Shown here: positions 1 through 8,514 of the stretch, piece by piece | How positions within the stretch are numbered: the first letter of the stretch is position 1 | Layout of the letters: the number at the start of each line of letters is the position of its first letter | NCBI GenBank assembly: GCA_016185815.1 | Contig: JACPMT010000040.1 | Location: 1-32,047, forward strand | From: Candidatus Woesearchaeota archaeon | GTDB lineage: Archaea > Nanobdellota > Nanobdellia > Woesearchaeales > GW2011-AR4 | Reading direction: 5' to 3' | Length of the DNA stretch: 32,047 nt | Translations under genes and position numbers: made by a program | Notes under the pieces: model-generated | What the model saw: only the letters and a program-made list of their open reading frames with translations | Told to the model about the DNA's origin: nothing | Database searches by the model: none

Positions 1-1726
1 ATAACATTGCCGCCTTTCTCAACATACTCTTCAATGTCCTCAAATGTTCCAGGCACAATTCCATCCCTTTTATTCACATTATTTATTTTGTAAACTATGA
101 TTACATCATGCTTATAGGGCTCTATCCTTTGTTTTTTTGTGTTTATTGTAACAATCTTCCCTGTTTTGTGGTTGAAGTCCTTTATATCCTCTGTCCCAAT
201 CATGAAATTTATTAATGAGCTCCAGAAAATCGGATAGCCCGGCAGCGTCTTGAAGTCGCTTGTATCATCAAGAATCCCGTAGTAGGCAATCTTACCCTTT
301 TTCCTTTCGCCGTAAACTATCAGCGGAGTTTTGTCGTCAGCTGACGCAAATGTCACAGTTCCCTTTTTTGCATCAGCCCCAAAGTAAGAGGCTGTTGTCG
401 TGAAGCACCTCTCCTTCTCAAACTGCTTTGTTATCTGGTTTATCGTGTCAACGCAGACCTTGGTTGGCTTGCTTATCTTGTTCTTTAATTCAACTCCAAG
501 CAACTCTCTTGTATTGATTTCCTTTGAGTCGTCCTGCACAGCTATTATGGCATTGCCCCCTTTTTCAACATAATCCTCGATATCCTCAAATGTCCCCGGC
601 ACAATGCCGTCCCTTTTGTTCACATTGTTTATCCTGTAAACTATTATTATGTCATGCTTGTAAGGATCTATCTTCTGCTTTTCCCTGTTTATGGTAAGGA
701 CAGGAGGATTGACAACATCCAGCTCAATGTCCTTTGCTGCTTCAAGCGCCAGCTCAAGATTGCTTGATTTTTCATTTGTTATCAGCAAAACAGAATTCTT
801 TATTTTTGGGGGCGTTGCAATAAAGGCAGCGTCGTCAACTTCCAGATCGTCTTTAGGCTCAAGCTCCACTTTTGAAATTCCCGCAGGCGTGTCAAAAACA
901 AAGTTTTCAACGGAATTGGCGGCGATAGCCACTTTTGTTTGCGTTATCTCCTTGTTGTCCTTTACAATCTTTATTGTTATCTGTTTTGCCTCGCTGTTGA
1001 AGTTTTTTATATAGACTTTTGTGTTGTATTTTGCCACCTCAAGCTTTATAATGCCGACATTTTTTGCATTGTTTGAAACATCAATAAAGTCAACCAGCTT
1101 GTCTTCCGAAGACAATGTTGCTCTTACAACCTCTATGTCAGGCCCCTCTGTGGCAAGAAAATCGCTTATTACAACAATTCTGCCGGGCTTGTCCCTCAGG
1201 ATGTCCTTGGCAAGAAGCAAAGCGTCCCCAAGATTTGTTGTTGTCGCCCTTGGCTTTATTTTTGAAAGCACATCAAAAGCTATTTTGGAGTTTTCGTTTT
1301 CCAGCACGATTAGCGGCACGTTTTCAGCCATGATTATGCTGTTCCTCCCGCTTAATGCCTTTTTTGCCTGCTCCAAAGCCTTGTCAAACCTTGAAACTCC
1401 CTTTTCCTTCGCCTGCATCGAGGCGCTCACATCCAGAATAATCACAGTGTTTTCCAATGTCACGTCATATTTTAATTTTACAAACGGCGCGGCTGCAACA
1501 ACGGAAAGGCCCAAAATTGACAATAACTGCAGTAAAAACAGCAAATTTGTCATTAATTTCTGGAAGAATGAGTACTGCCTTGACCTTTTCTTGTCTTGCA
1601 GGACAAACATCAATGAAGGGATTATTTTTTCCTGGGGCTTTGGCCTTCTTAGGTAGAGAACGACAAAAACAGCGACTGCTATCAGCGCCCACAATCCCAG
1701 AGGCCTTTGAAACGGCAAAGTCACCA
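1..1726 (-). CDS. VWA-domain (BatA-like) membrane protein; C-terminal part runs off the window start
   Basis: Minus-strand frame is open from ATG at 1726 (MVTLPFQRPLGLWALIAVAVFVVLYL.., BatA-type N-terminal TM) to position 1. It contains a MIDAS-like DxSxS motif (ILDVSASM). It is absent from the ORF track because no stop lies in the window. The + strand ORFs at 691-1780 are its antisense shadows. Confidence 0.6.
5..673 (-). repeat. Intragenic tandem domain duplication with a 546-nt period
   Basis: Segments ~5-127 and ~551-673 align base for base at roughly 80% identity. Both encode ..PYKHD(V/I)IIVY(K/R)INNVNKRDGIVPGTFEDIE(E/D)YVEKGGN. Confidence 0.6.
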
Positions 1727-1805
1727 TTTTATTTTGATATTTATGAATTGTTGTTTTTATTAACTATACATTTGCTTTAATGGGCTTATGTTTCTTATTC
1801 TGCTC

Positions 1806-1913
1806 TTATTCAATTTCGTTCAAATCCAATTCAATCACGTCATTATTTTTCAAGATATGCTCCACTTCTTCCCTTGTCTTCCCCATCAGCCTGGCCAAAT
1901 CGTCTATTTTCAT
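1806..1913 (-). CDS. 35-aa ORF (MKIDDLARLMGKTREEVEHILKNNDVIELDLNEIE), possible small HTH protein
   Basis: ATG at 1913 lies 5 nt after the stop of the upstream AbrB-like gene; stop at 1806-1808. Too short for a confident call. Confidence 0.2.
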   Translation of the reverse strand: MKIDDLARLMGKTREEVEHILKNNDVIELDLNEIE

Positions 1914-1917
1914 TGCC

Positions 1918-2121
1918 TCACCTTTTTTTCTTCTTGTTAAGTACAAGATTGATTATTTCCTTCGGATTAACAATGTCCTTGACAAGCACGAGAATATCGT
2001 TGAACTCGTACCAGTAAACCTCGGACTTTGAGCCTATCTTCAAGTCCTGCCTTGCCTCCTGCGGCAGGGTCAATTGCCCCTGCTTCGTCAATTTCACCTT
2101 GCCTATGAATTTCGCTTCCAT
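1918..2121 (-). CDS. AbrB/SpoVT (MazE-like) family DNA-binding protein
   Basis: From the internal ATG at 2121 the product reads MEAKFIGKVKLTKQGQLTLPQEARQDLKIG.., which matches the swapped-hairpin SpoVT/AbrB signature. The upstream 31 codons of the tracked ORF are AT-rich promoter sequence. Confidence 0.55.
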   Translation of the reverse strand: MEAKFIGKVKLTKQGQLTLPQEARQDLKIGSKSEVYWYEFNDILVLVKDIVNPKEIINLVLNKKKKR

Positions 2122-2220
2122 TATCCTGTTATTAATTTTAATATTTTTAATAAAAATACCGCTATTTTTAAATTTATTAAAAGTAATATTTCTAAAGTTT
2201 TCGGTTTTGCGCAAAGTAGA

Positions 2221-2234
2221 AAGATTTAAATAGT
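2221..2234 (+). promoter_or_regulatory. Archaeal BRE/TATA promoter, AAGATTTAAATAGT
   Basis: The identical 14-mer recurs at 17965-17978 and 19041-19054. The TATA box TTTAAATA ends 24 nt before ATG 2256. Confidence 0.55.
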
Positions 2235-2255
2235 GGTTTTATATTTGCTTTAATT

Positions 2256-2336
2256 ATGGCAAATATTGTTTTATTGTTATTGGACATAATTTTCAATACA
2301 ACTTCAACTACTTCTACAACTACAACAACAGCCTAA
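2256..2336 (+). CDS. Candidate leaderless Thr-rich leader peptide (26 aa, MANIVLLLLDIIFNTTSTTSTTTTTA) upstream of thrS
   Basis: The ATG sits at the promoter spacing used by other genes in the window. Of the last 12 codons, 9 are Thr and 2 are Ser. Stop at 2334-2336. Confidence 0.4.
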   Translation: MANIVLLLLDIIFNTTSTTSTTTTTA

Positions 2337-2436
2337 AGGCTGCTCATTGTCTAAAATTCAGTTTTTCTTTGTTTTAACCAGTTCAATAAAATATATAAAT
2401 CGGACAAAAACTTCAAAAAATAAGACAAAAACTAAA

Positions 2437-4362
2437 ATGCCAAAAATCAAGATAACATTGCCGGATGGGAGCGTAAAGGAATACCATAAAGGGATTACTG
2501 CAGGCGAAATTGCCTTTGGCATAGGCAAAAGGCTTGGGGAAGACGCATTAATTGCAAAAATAAACGGCAAGCTAAAAGATTTATTTGTTCCGATAAATGA
2601 AGATTCAACCCTGCAGATTATAACTTACAAAGACAAAGAAGGATTGGAGGCTTTCAGGCACAGCACAGCGCATTTGCTTGCCCATGCAGTTGTTGAGATG
2701 TTTCCAGATGCAAAGCCCACAATAGGGCCTGTTGTTGAAGAGGGCTTCTATTATGATTTTGGCATTGAGCACCATTTCGTTCCTGAAGACTTGGTCAAGA
2801 TAGAGCAGAGAATGCATGAAATTGTCAAAAAGGAATACAAAGTTGAGAGAATTGAGTTAAGCGAGGGCGAAGCAAAAAAACTTTTCAAAAATAACCCGTT
2901 TAAAATAGAGTTAATCCAGGAATTCCATGAGGAAAAACAGCCAATTAGCGCCTATAAACAAGGCGATTTTATCGACTTGTGCAGGGGCCCCCACATCCCA
3001 CACACCGGAAAAATAAAAGCGTTCAAGCTGACGAAAATCGCATCAGCTTACTGGAGAGGCGACCCAAAAAATCAGCAACTGCAGAGAATTTATGGGGTAA
3101 GCTTTTCTGAAAAAAGCATGCTTGATGCTCACTTAAAGCAGGTTGAAGAAGCAGAGAAAAGAGACCACAGGAAAATAGGCAAGGAGCTTGAATGGTTTAA
3201 TTTCTTTGAGGAAAGCCCTGGCTCGCCGTTTTTTTATCCAAAAGGGACAATAATCTACAACCTGCTGCTGGAATTCATCAGGAATGAATACAAAAAAAGA
3301 GGCTATCAGGAAGTTATAACTCCACTTCTTTATGAAAAATCCTTGTGGGTTACCTCAGGCCATTGGGAGCATTTCAAGGAAAGCATGTTTGTTTTGGAAT
3401 CAGAAGGAAAAGAGTTTGCCCTAAAGCCGATGAACTGCCCTTCGCATGTTTTGGTTTACAAGTCAAAATCAAGAAGCTACAAGGACTTGCCTTTGAGGAT
3501 TGCTGATTTTGCTCCTTTGCACAGGAATGAATTGTCTGGAGTTTTGGCTGGCTTGACAAGGGTAAGAAAAATGTCTCAGGATGATGCACACATTTTCATT
3601 GCCCCTGAGCAGATTGAAGAGGAGATTTTCAGAGTGCTTGATTTTACAAATTTCATTTACAGGGAAGTGTTTGATTTTGACTACAAGGTTGAATTAAGCA
3701 CGAAGCCGGAAAAGTTTATGGGCAATGCTGAAGGCTGGAGCAAGGCAGAGGAAGCACTGAAAAAAGCGCTTGAAAAAAAGAAAATTGCGTATGAAATCAA
3801 ATCCGGGGAAGGGGCTTTTTACGGGCCTAAAATTGACTTTCACATTAAAGACGCTTTGGGAAGGGACTGGCAGCTTGCCACCATACAGCTTGACTTCCAA
3901 TTGCCTGAAAGATTTGAAGCAACTTATGTCGGAGCGGACAATGCAAAGCACCCTGTTGTGATGATTCACCGGGCATTGTTCGGCTCAATTGAACGGTTCA
4001 TTGGAATTTTGGTTGAGCACTATGCAGGCAAGCTTCCATTGTGGCTGGCGCCTGTTCAGGTTAGAATCTTGACAGTTGCTGACAGGTTTGAAAAATATGC
4101 AAACAAAATAAATGAAGAGCTTGAAAAGCATAACGTTAGGGTTGAAGCAGACTCAAGAGCTGAAAGCGTTGGGTATAAAGTTAGGGAAGCGCAGCACCAG
4201 AAAATTCCATTGATTTTGACAGTAGGCGAAAAAGAAGAAAGCAAGGGCACGGTTGCAGTAAGGACGATTGATAATAAGGTTTATTTTGACGTTAAGGTTG
4301 ATGATTTATTAAGCAAAATTTTAAAAAATATTAAAGAGAAAAAGGTTAAGGTCGAGTTCTAA
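2437..4362 (+). CDS. thrS: Threonyl-tRNA synthetase
   Basis: TGS domain (MPKIKITLPDGSVKEY), editing-domain HxxxH (HSTAHLLAHAV), class II motifs (FRNE-like LHRNELSG, GAFYGPKIDF) and an anticodon-binding C-terminus. Start moved to ATG 2437; the TTG-initiated extension from 2347 is low complexity. Confidence 0.95.
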   Translation: MPKIKITLPDGSVKEYHKGITAGEIAFGIGKRLGEDALIAKINGKLKDLFVPINEDSTLQIITYKDKEGLEAFRHSTAHLLAHAVVEMFPDAKPTIGPVVEEGFYYDFGIEHHFVPEDLVKIEQRMHEIVKKEYKVERIELSEGEAKKLFKNNPFKIELIQEFHEEKQPISAYKQGDFIDLCRGPHIPHTGKIKAFKLTKIASAYWRGDPKNQQLQRIYGVSFSEKSMLDAHLKQVEEAEKRDHRKIGKELEWFNFFEESPGSPFFYPKGTIIYNLLLEFIRNEYKKRGYQEVITPLLYEKSLWVTSGHWEHFKESMFVLESEGKEFALKPMNCPSHVLVYKSKSRSYKDLPLRIADFAPLHRNELSGVLAGLTRVRKMSQDDAHIFIAPEQIEEEIFRVLDFTNFIYREVFDFDYKVELSTKPEKFMGNAEGWSKAEEALKKALEKKKIAYEIKSGEGAFYGPKIDFHIKDALGRDWQLATIQLDFQLPERFEATYVGADNAKHPVVMIHRALFGSIERFIGILVEHYAGKLPLWLAPVQVRILTVADRFEKYANKINEELEKHNVRVEADSRAESVGYKVREAQHQKIPLILTVGEKEESKGTVAVRTIDNKVYFDVKVDDLLSKILKNIKEKKVKVEF

Positions 4363-4368
4363 AATTTG

Positions 4369-5277
4369 TTATCTCTTTTTGCTGTCCCCTCTTCTTCTAA
4401 AGAACCTTACAGCAGCCCATAACACCAATGCTGCAACTGCGTATGGAAGTGCTGCAAAAATCAATTTAAGCAGATTGTTTATGCTTGTTACTAACCTTCT
4501 CACCAATTCTGAAAATTTCACAAACACTATGTTAGCGTACTGCGGCTGCTTTTCGCTTAATGTTACGTATATTGCTGAATAGTCAACACGCTGGTCGATG
4601 TTTTTCAGCGAATCTTCCAAGTACTTTATGGTTCTCTCCTGCTCGAATATTCTATCGCTCAGCTGTATTTTGTCTGCAGTCAAAGTCGCTTCCTCGTACA
4701 TTTTATTGTACCTCAAAAGCCTTTGCTTTTCAGCATTAATCTCAATCTCGAGGTTTTTGTAAGAGCCGGTGACATCCTCTGCATTTTCATTGAAGGACTT
4801 GACTTCGCCTATATTTTTTAATTGCGTTATTATGTCATTATATTTCCTGCTGTCAACCTTTAGCTGGTAAGCGCCGCTGTAATAGGATTTCCAGCCTGAG
4901 TCGTATTTGTTGACGTTTTCATTCAGGAGATAGGAGTTGGTTGCCCTTACTATTGACTTGAGCTTTGACTCTGCATCAGCAAATTGCCCTGTTTCAACTT
5001 CTGTTGAAAGGCTTGATGATCTGGTTATCTTGCGTTCTGCAACATCAGGCGCAAAATCGCCGTACACAGGCACAGGAGGTATGATTCCGCTGCTTCTGAA
5101 GTATGCAGCTTCCGAAACTGCCATTTCCCCGCCAATGCCTTTTGTAAGTGAGGGCACATTGGCTATACTTCCTATGCTACCTACATTCAAAAAGATAAGC
5201 ACGGCTAAGGATATAACAATAAGCAGCCAGTTTTCCTTCAACTTGTTTAATTGCTCTGTTATCGCCATTTTAATCAA
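4369..5277 (-). CDS. DUF4349-like membrane-anchored coiled-coil protein
   Basis: N- and C-terminal TM helices. The central region has the pattern ERKITRSSSLSTEVE..KNLEIEINAEKQRLLRY..RVDYSAIYVTL, typical of DUF4349 as I recall it. Confidence 0.55.
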   Translation of the reverse strand: MIKMAITEQLNKLKENWLLIVISLAVLIFLNVGSIGSIANVPSLTKGIGGEMAVSEAAYFRSSGIIPPVPVYGDFAPDVAERKITRSSSLSTEVETGQFADAESKLKSIVRATNSYLLNENVNKYDSGWKSYYSGAYQLKVDSRKYNDIITQLKNIGEVKSFNENAEDVTGSYKNLEIEINAEKQRLLRYNKMYEEATLTADKIQLSDRIFEQERTIKYLEDSLKNIDQRVDYSAIYVTLSEKQPQYANIVFVKFSELVRRLVTSINNLLKLIFAALPYAVAALVLWAAVRFFRRRGDSKKR

Positions 5278-5407
5278 TAATTTTATAGTAAGCAGCTTGT
5301 ATATAAATATTCTTTTATAGCTTCAAATTGGCTTGAAGTTATAGCTCCTTTCAAAAATGTAAATATAAATAAATATCTTTATAAACTATTTTTAATAGCC
5401 CTAGAAT

Positions 5408-6811
5408 ATGGTCCTCGAAAACCTCAGCAATGCATTGAAAAACACATTGCAAAAAATAGCAAAATCCCTTTTTGTAGATGAAAAGCTGATTAATGAATTA
5501 ATAAAGGACATCCAAAGGGCTTTATTGCAGGCAGATGTAAATGTAAAATTGGTTTTTGACCTGACGGAAAAAATAAAGCAAAGGGCATTGAATGAGGAAT
5601 CCCCAAAAGGGCTTACAAAAAAGGAGCAGATAATAAATATAGTGTATGAGGAATTGGTTAATTTTCTCGGCAAGGAGCAGCACAAAATAGAGCTAAATCA
5701 AAAGCCATTTAAGATAATGCTTGTCGGCTTGTTCGGCTCCGGAAAAACAACCACGGCAGGAAAGCTTGCAAAATTTTACACGAAAAGAGGCCACAAGGTT
5801 GCATTGGTCGGCTTGGATATTCATCGTCCTGCTGCAATGGAGCAGATTGAGCAGGTTGGAAGGCACGCAAACGTTACTGTGTTTTTAGACAAAACCCACG
5901 AAAATCAAAGATTTTCGGGGCCCAGAAAATTCGGTGAATTGTCTCGGGAAATAAAAGACCCGATAGAAATATGGAAAAAACACATTGACGACTATAAAAA
6001 TTTTGACATTTTGATAATAGACACTGCCGGAAGAGACGCGCTTTCCCACGATTTAATCAATGAAATTGAAGAAGTAAACGAAAAAATCCAGCCGAATGAA
6101 AATTTATTGATTATCTCTGCGGACATAGGGCAAGCTGCCCAAAAGCAGGCGGAGCAGTTCCACAAAAGCTGCGGCATAACTGGCATAGTTGTTTCAAAAA
6201 TGGACGGCACTGCAAAGGGCGGAGGGGCTTTGACAGCCTGCGCAGTTTCAGGCGCGCCAATCAAATTTATCGGAATCGGGGAAAAAATAGACGATTTGGA
6301 GCAGTTTAACCCTCAAGGCTTTGTCGGAAGAATTTTAGGCATGGGTGACTTGGAAGCATTGCTGGAAAAAGCAAAGGAAGTGATAAAAACAGAGGATGCA
6401 GAAGACCTTGGCAAGAGGTTTCTTAAAGGAGAATTCAATTTGATTGACTTGTACGAGCAGATGGAAGCAATGTCAAAAATGGGGCCTTTAAGCAGCATTG
6501 TTGAAATGATACCTGGGTTTTCTTCCTTAAAATTGCCCAAGGAAATGCTACAGGTCCAGGAGGGCAAGCTAAAGAAATGGAAAATTGCAATGAACTCCAT
6601 GACAAAGTCAGAGCTTGAAGAGCCCGACATAATCGACAGCCCGAGGGTTGAAAGAATTGCAAAAGGCTCTGGGATTCAAACAAGCGAGATTAGAGAATTG
6701 CTAAAACAATACAAGCAAAGCAAGAAAATGGTCAAGATGTTCAAGGGCAGCAAGGGAGACATTTCAAAAATGATGAAGAAGTTTGGCGGAAAACTGCCGA
6801 TGGGCGTATAG
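5408..6811 (+). CDS. srp54: Signal recognition particle protein SRP54
   Basis: N domain, then G domain with GLFGSGKTTTAGKLA, DTAGR and SKMDGTAKGG, then a Met-rich M domain. Ends at TAG 6809-6811. Confidence 0.95.
   Translation: MVLENLSNALKNTLQKIAKSLFVDEKLINELIKDIQRALLQADVNVKLVFDLTEKIKQRALNEESPKGLTKKEQIINIVYEELVNFLGKEQHKIELNQKPFKIMLVGLFGSGKTTTAGKLAKFYTKRGHKVALVGLDIHRPAAMEQIEQVGRHANVTVFLDKTHENQRFSGPRKFGELSREIKDPIEIWKKHIDDYKNFDILIIDTAGRDALSHDLINEIEEVNEKIQPNENLLIISADIGQAAQKQAEQFHKSCGITGIVVSKMDGTAKGGGALTACAVSGAPIKFIGIGEKIDDLEQFNPQGFVGRILGMGDLEALLEKAKEVIKTEDAEDLGKRFLKGEFNLIDLYEQMEAMSKMGPLSSIVEMIPGFSSLKLPKEMLQVQEGKLKKWKIAMNSMTKSELEEPDIIDSPRVERIAKGSGIQTSEIRELLKQYKQSKKMVKMFKGSKGDISKMMKKFGGKLPMGV
5893..5946 (+). 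other. 54-nt in-frame palindromic insert in srp54; candidate BHB intron
   Basis: Two tandem imperfect hairpins (5895-5920 and 5921-5948). AGAC 5887-5890 pairs with GUCU 5941-5944, with 3-nt bulges AAA and CGG. See findings. Confidence 0.3.
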
Positions 6812-6878
6812 ATTTTGCTGAAAGTTATCTTCAAGAAACTGAAGGATTGAGGATAAATCTTTTGAGGATTTGAATAAA

Positions 6879-7037
6879 ATGAAGAAAGTTTTGAAGTTAT
6901 TAAAAGAACACAAAGTAACAATAAGAAAAGCTGCTAAACTTGCAGATGTTTCTTATTTAGAAATGCTAGGTTTGGTCTCCAGACTAGATATATGTATAGG
7001 ATATTCTTTAAAAGAATTAAGAAAAGACACAAGATAA
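6879..7037 (+). CDS. UPF0175-like small protein (52 aa), possibly an orphan antitoxin
   Basis: MKKVLKLLKEHKVTIRKAAKLADVSYLEMLGLVSRLDICIGYSLKELRKDTR resembles the UPF0175 pattern (HTH-like ..AA.LAG.S..EF..LL...GI....S.EEL). Below the ORF-track size cut-off. Confidence 0.35.
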   Translation: MKKVLKLLKEHKVTIRKAAKLADVSYLEMLGLVSRLDICIGYSLKELRKDTR

Positions 7038-7059
7038 AACGATTTATAATATTAATTTT

Positions 7060-7725
7060 TCACTCCAAAAACCTAGGATTAAACTTGTCATACCATTCCC
7101 TTTTCTCGATCTCGTCAAGAATGTTTGAAAATCCAAAAGTCGAGGCACCACCATGGATTTCAATCTTTTTGTCAAAGCCGTTTTTCAGCGCGTAAAACGC
7201 GCATATCTTGAAGCCGGCAGAATTCTCGTTCATCATTTCAACAGGGTTGTAAATAATTTCAATCATTCTTTCGCTTCTGTTAAAAACAGCGGCAATCGTG
7301 CTTGTGCCAGTTTCAGGGTCGATATATGAAATGCAGATTTTATCCAGCAAAGAGTCGAGAAATCTGGCAAATTTGTCAATGTCGCTGGCATCAATTTGGT
7401 TGAAATTTGCCCTTCCGACTGACTTTAAGCCAGGAATTTTCGATGCTGTCTCGGCAAAGAATTCCTTTACATCCTTAACCTTGATGAAAACGCTTACTTT
7501 GAAATGCTCTATTGTCTTTTTTGTCTTGATTTTTATTCCTTTGTACTTTCTGTTGAACTGCTCTGCAAGTTTTTCGAATTTAGGAATTAAAGTATCCAAA
7601 TCATGCTGCGCCTCGCCGTAGTACCTGTCGATTTCAGCTCCTACCTTAATCATTTGAGTAAAGTCTTTTTTGAAATTATTGATATCACTGGAGCTGAATT
7701 CCGACAGAATGTCGTTGTTTACCAT
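7060..7725 (-). CDS. Hypothetical protein (221 aa)
   Basis: Clean ORF with ATG start and a divergent promoter region at 7726-7801. I recognise no motif. Confidence 0.5.
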   Translation of the reverse strand: MVNNDILSEFSSSDINNFKKDFTQMIKVGAEIDRYYGEAQHDLDTLIPKFEKLAEQFNRKYKGIKIKTKKTIEHFKVSVFIKVKDVKEFFAETASKIPGLKSVGRANFNQIDASDIDKFARFLDSLLDKICISYIDPETGTSTIAAVFNRSERMIEIIYNPVEMMNENSAGFKICAFYALKNGFDKKIEIHGGASTFGFSNILDEIEKREWYDKFNPRFLE

Positions 7726-7801
7726 GATTGAATTTATTTTAATGGGATTATTTAAATGTTATGAAAAAAGGTTTTTAAATTAGAGTATATTATTTGCATT
7801 A

Positions 7802-8470
7802 ATGAAAGAAACTCTTAAGGATGTATACTTAATAATCAAATCCTTACAAAGATCTGCTGTAAAGAATGGGGGAAGGTTCTACTGGGATGTTGCTAATAGT
7901 GATAATTTAGCTAACTTAGTCAACCGATTATCAAATCCCAATAACAGGGAAAGGCAAGTCATAAGAGAATTATTGCAGAGAGAACATCCATTTACTTTAT
8001 TAGACGCAGGTTGTGGTGTTGCAACAGAATTATCAAGTTATAGAATAGGAAATATAAAAGTAAACTATGTTGGATTAGATAAAAGCAGTTACATGATAGC
8101 TAAGGCAAAAAAAGGTTATCCAGGGGCAAAATTTGTCAGAGGTGAAGTAGAATCACTTCCTTTTCCTGATGATAGTTTTGATGTTGTAGTGCTAAGACAT
8201 GTTTTAGAACATTTGGAGAATTATAAGACTGCAGTAAAAGAAGCACTAAGGGTCTCAAGAGAAATTATAATTATAGATTTTTTTCATAGATTATTACCTT
8301 TCGGCTTGAGCTGGAAAATTTGGGATAAAGATGGCTATTGGAACAATTGGTATAGTAAAACCGAATTTGTAAGATTTTTACAATCGCTGAATATTTCTTA
8401 TAAGGTGACTACCACAAAAGGAAATTCAGGACAAACTGCTGAGATTTATATTTTGGAAAAAAGAGTATAA
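7802..8470 (+). CDS. Class I SAM-dependent methyltransferase
   Basis: Motif I LLDAGCGVATEL. Post-I and motif II/III region (VGLDKS, FDVVVLRHVLEHLEN) typical of the Methyltransf_11 type. Confidence 0.8.
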   Translation: MKETLKDVYLIIKSLQRSAVKNGGRFYWDVANSDNLANLVNRLSNPNNRERQVIRELLQREHPFTLLDAGCGVATELSSYRIGNIKVNYVGLDKSSYMIAKAKKGYPGAKFVRGEVESLPFPDDSFDVVVLRHVLEHLENYKTAVKEALRVSREIIIIDFFHRLLPFGLSWKIWDKDGYWNNWYSKTEFVRFLQSLNISYKVTTTKGNSGQTAEIYILEKRV

Positions 8471-8514
8471 AGTAACATGAAAACTTTATATAACCTAATC
8501 TATCTCTAGACCTT

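Noticed and set aside
691-1780. Several + strand ORFs (691-1014, 1021-1656, 1115-1333, 1457-1780) with Ser/Leu-rich low-complexity products.
   Set aside because: They are antisense shadows of a long minus-strand VWA-domain gene (1-1726) with clear motifs. The same applies to most other short opposite-strand ORFs in the track, for example 11311-11562 opposite albA, 12649-13206, 16010-16561 and 29428-29997.
2347-2436. TTG-initiated N-terminal extension of thrS, and similarly the 71-codon extension of ribB (16474-16686).
   Set aside because: Both extensions are low-complexity, lack homology to the families, start with TTG and cover promoter or structured non-coding sequence. The conserved N-termini begin at ATG 2437 and ATG 16473.
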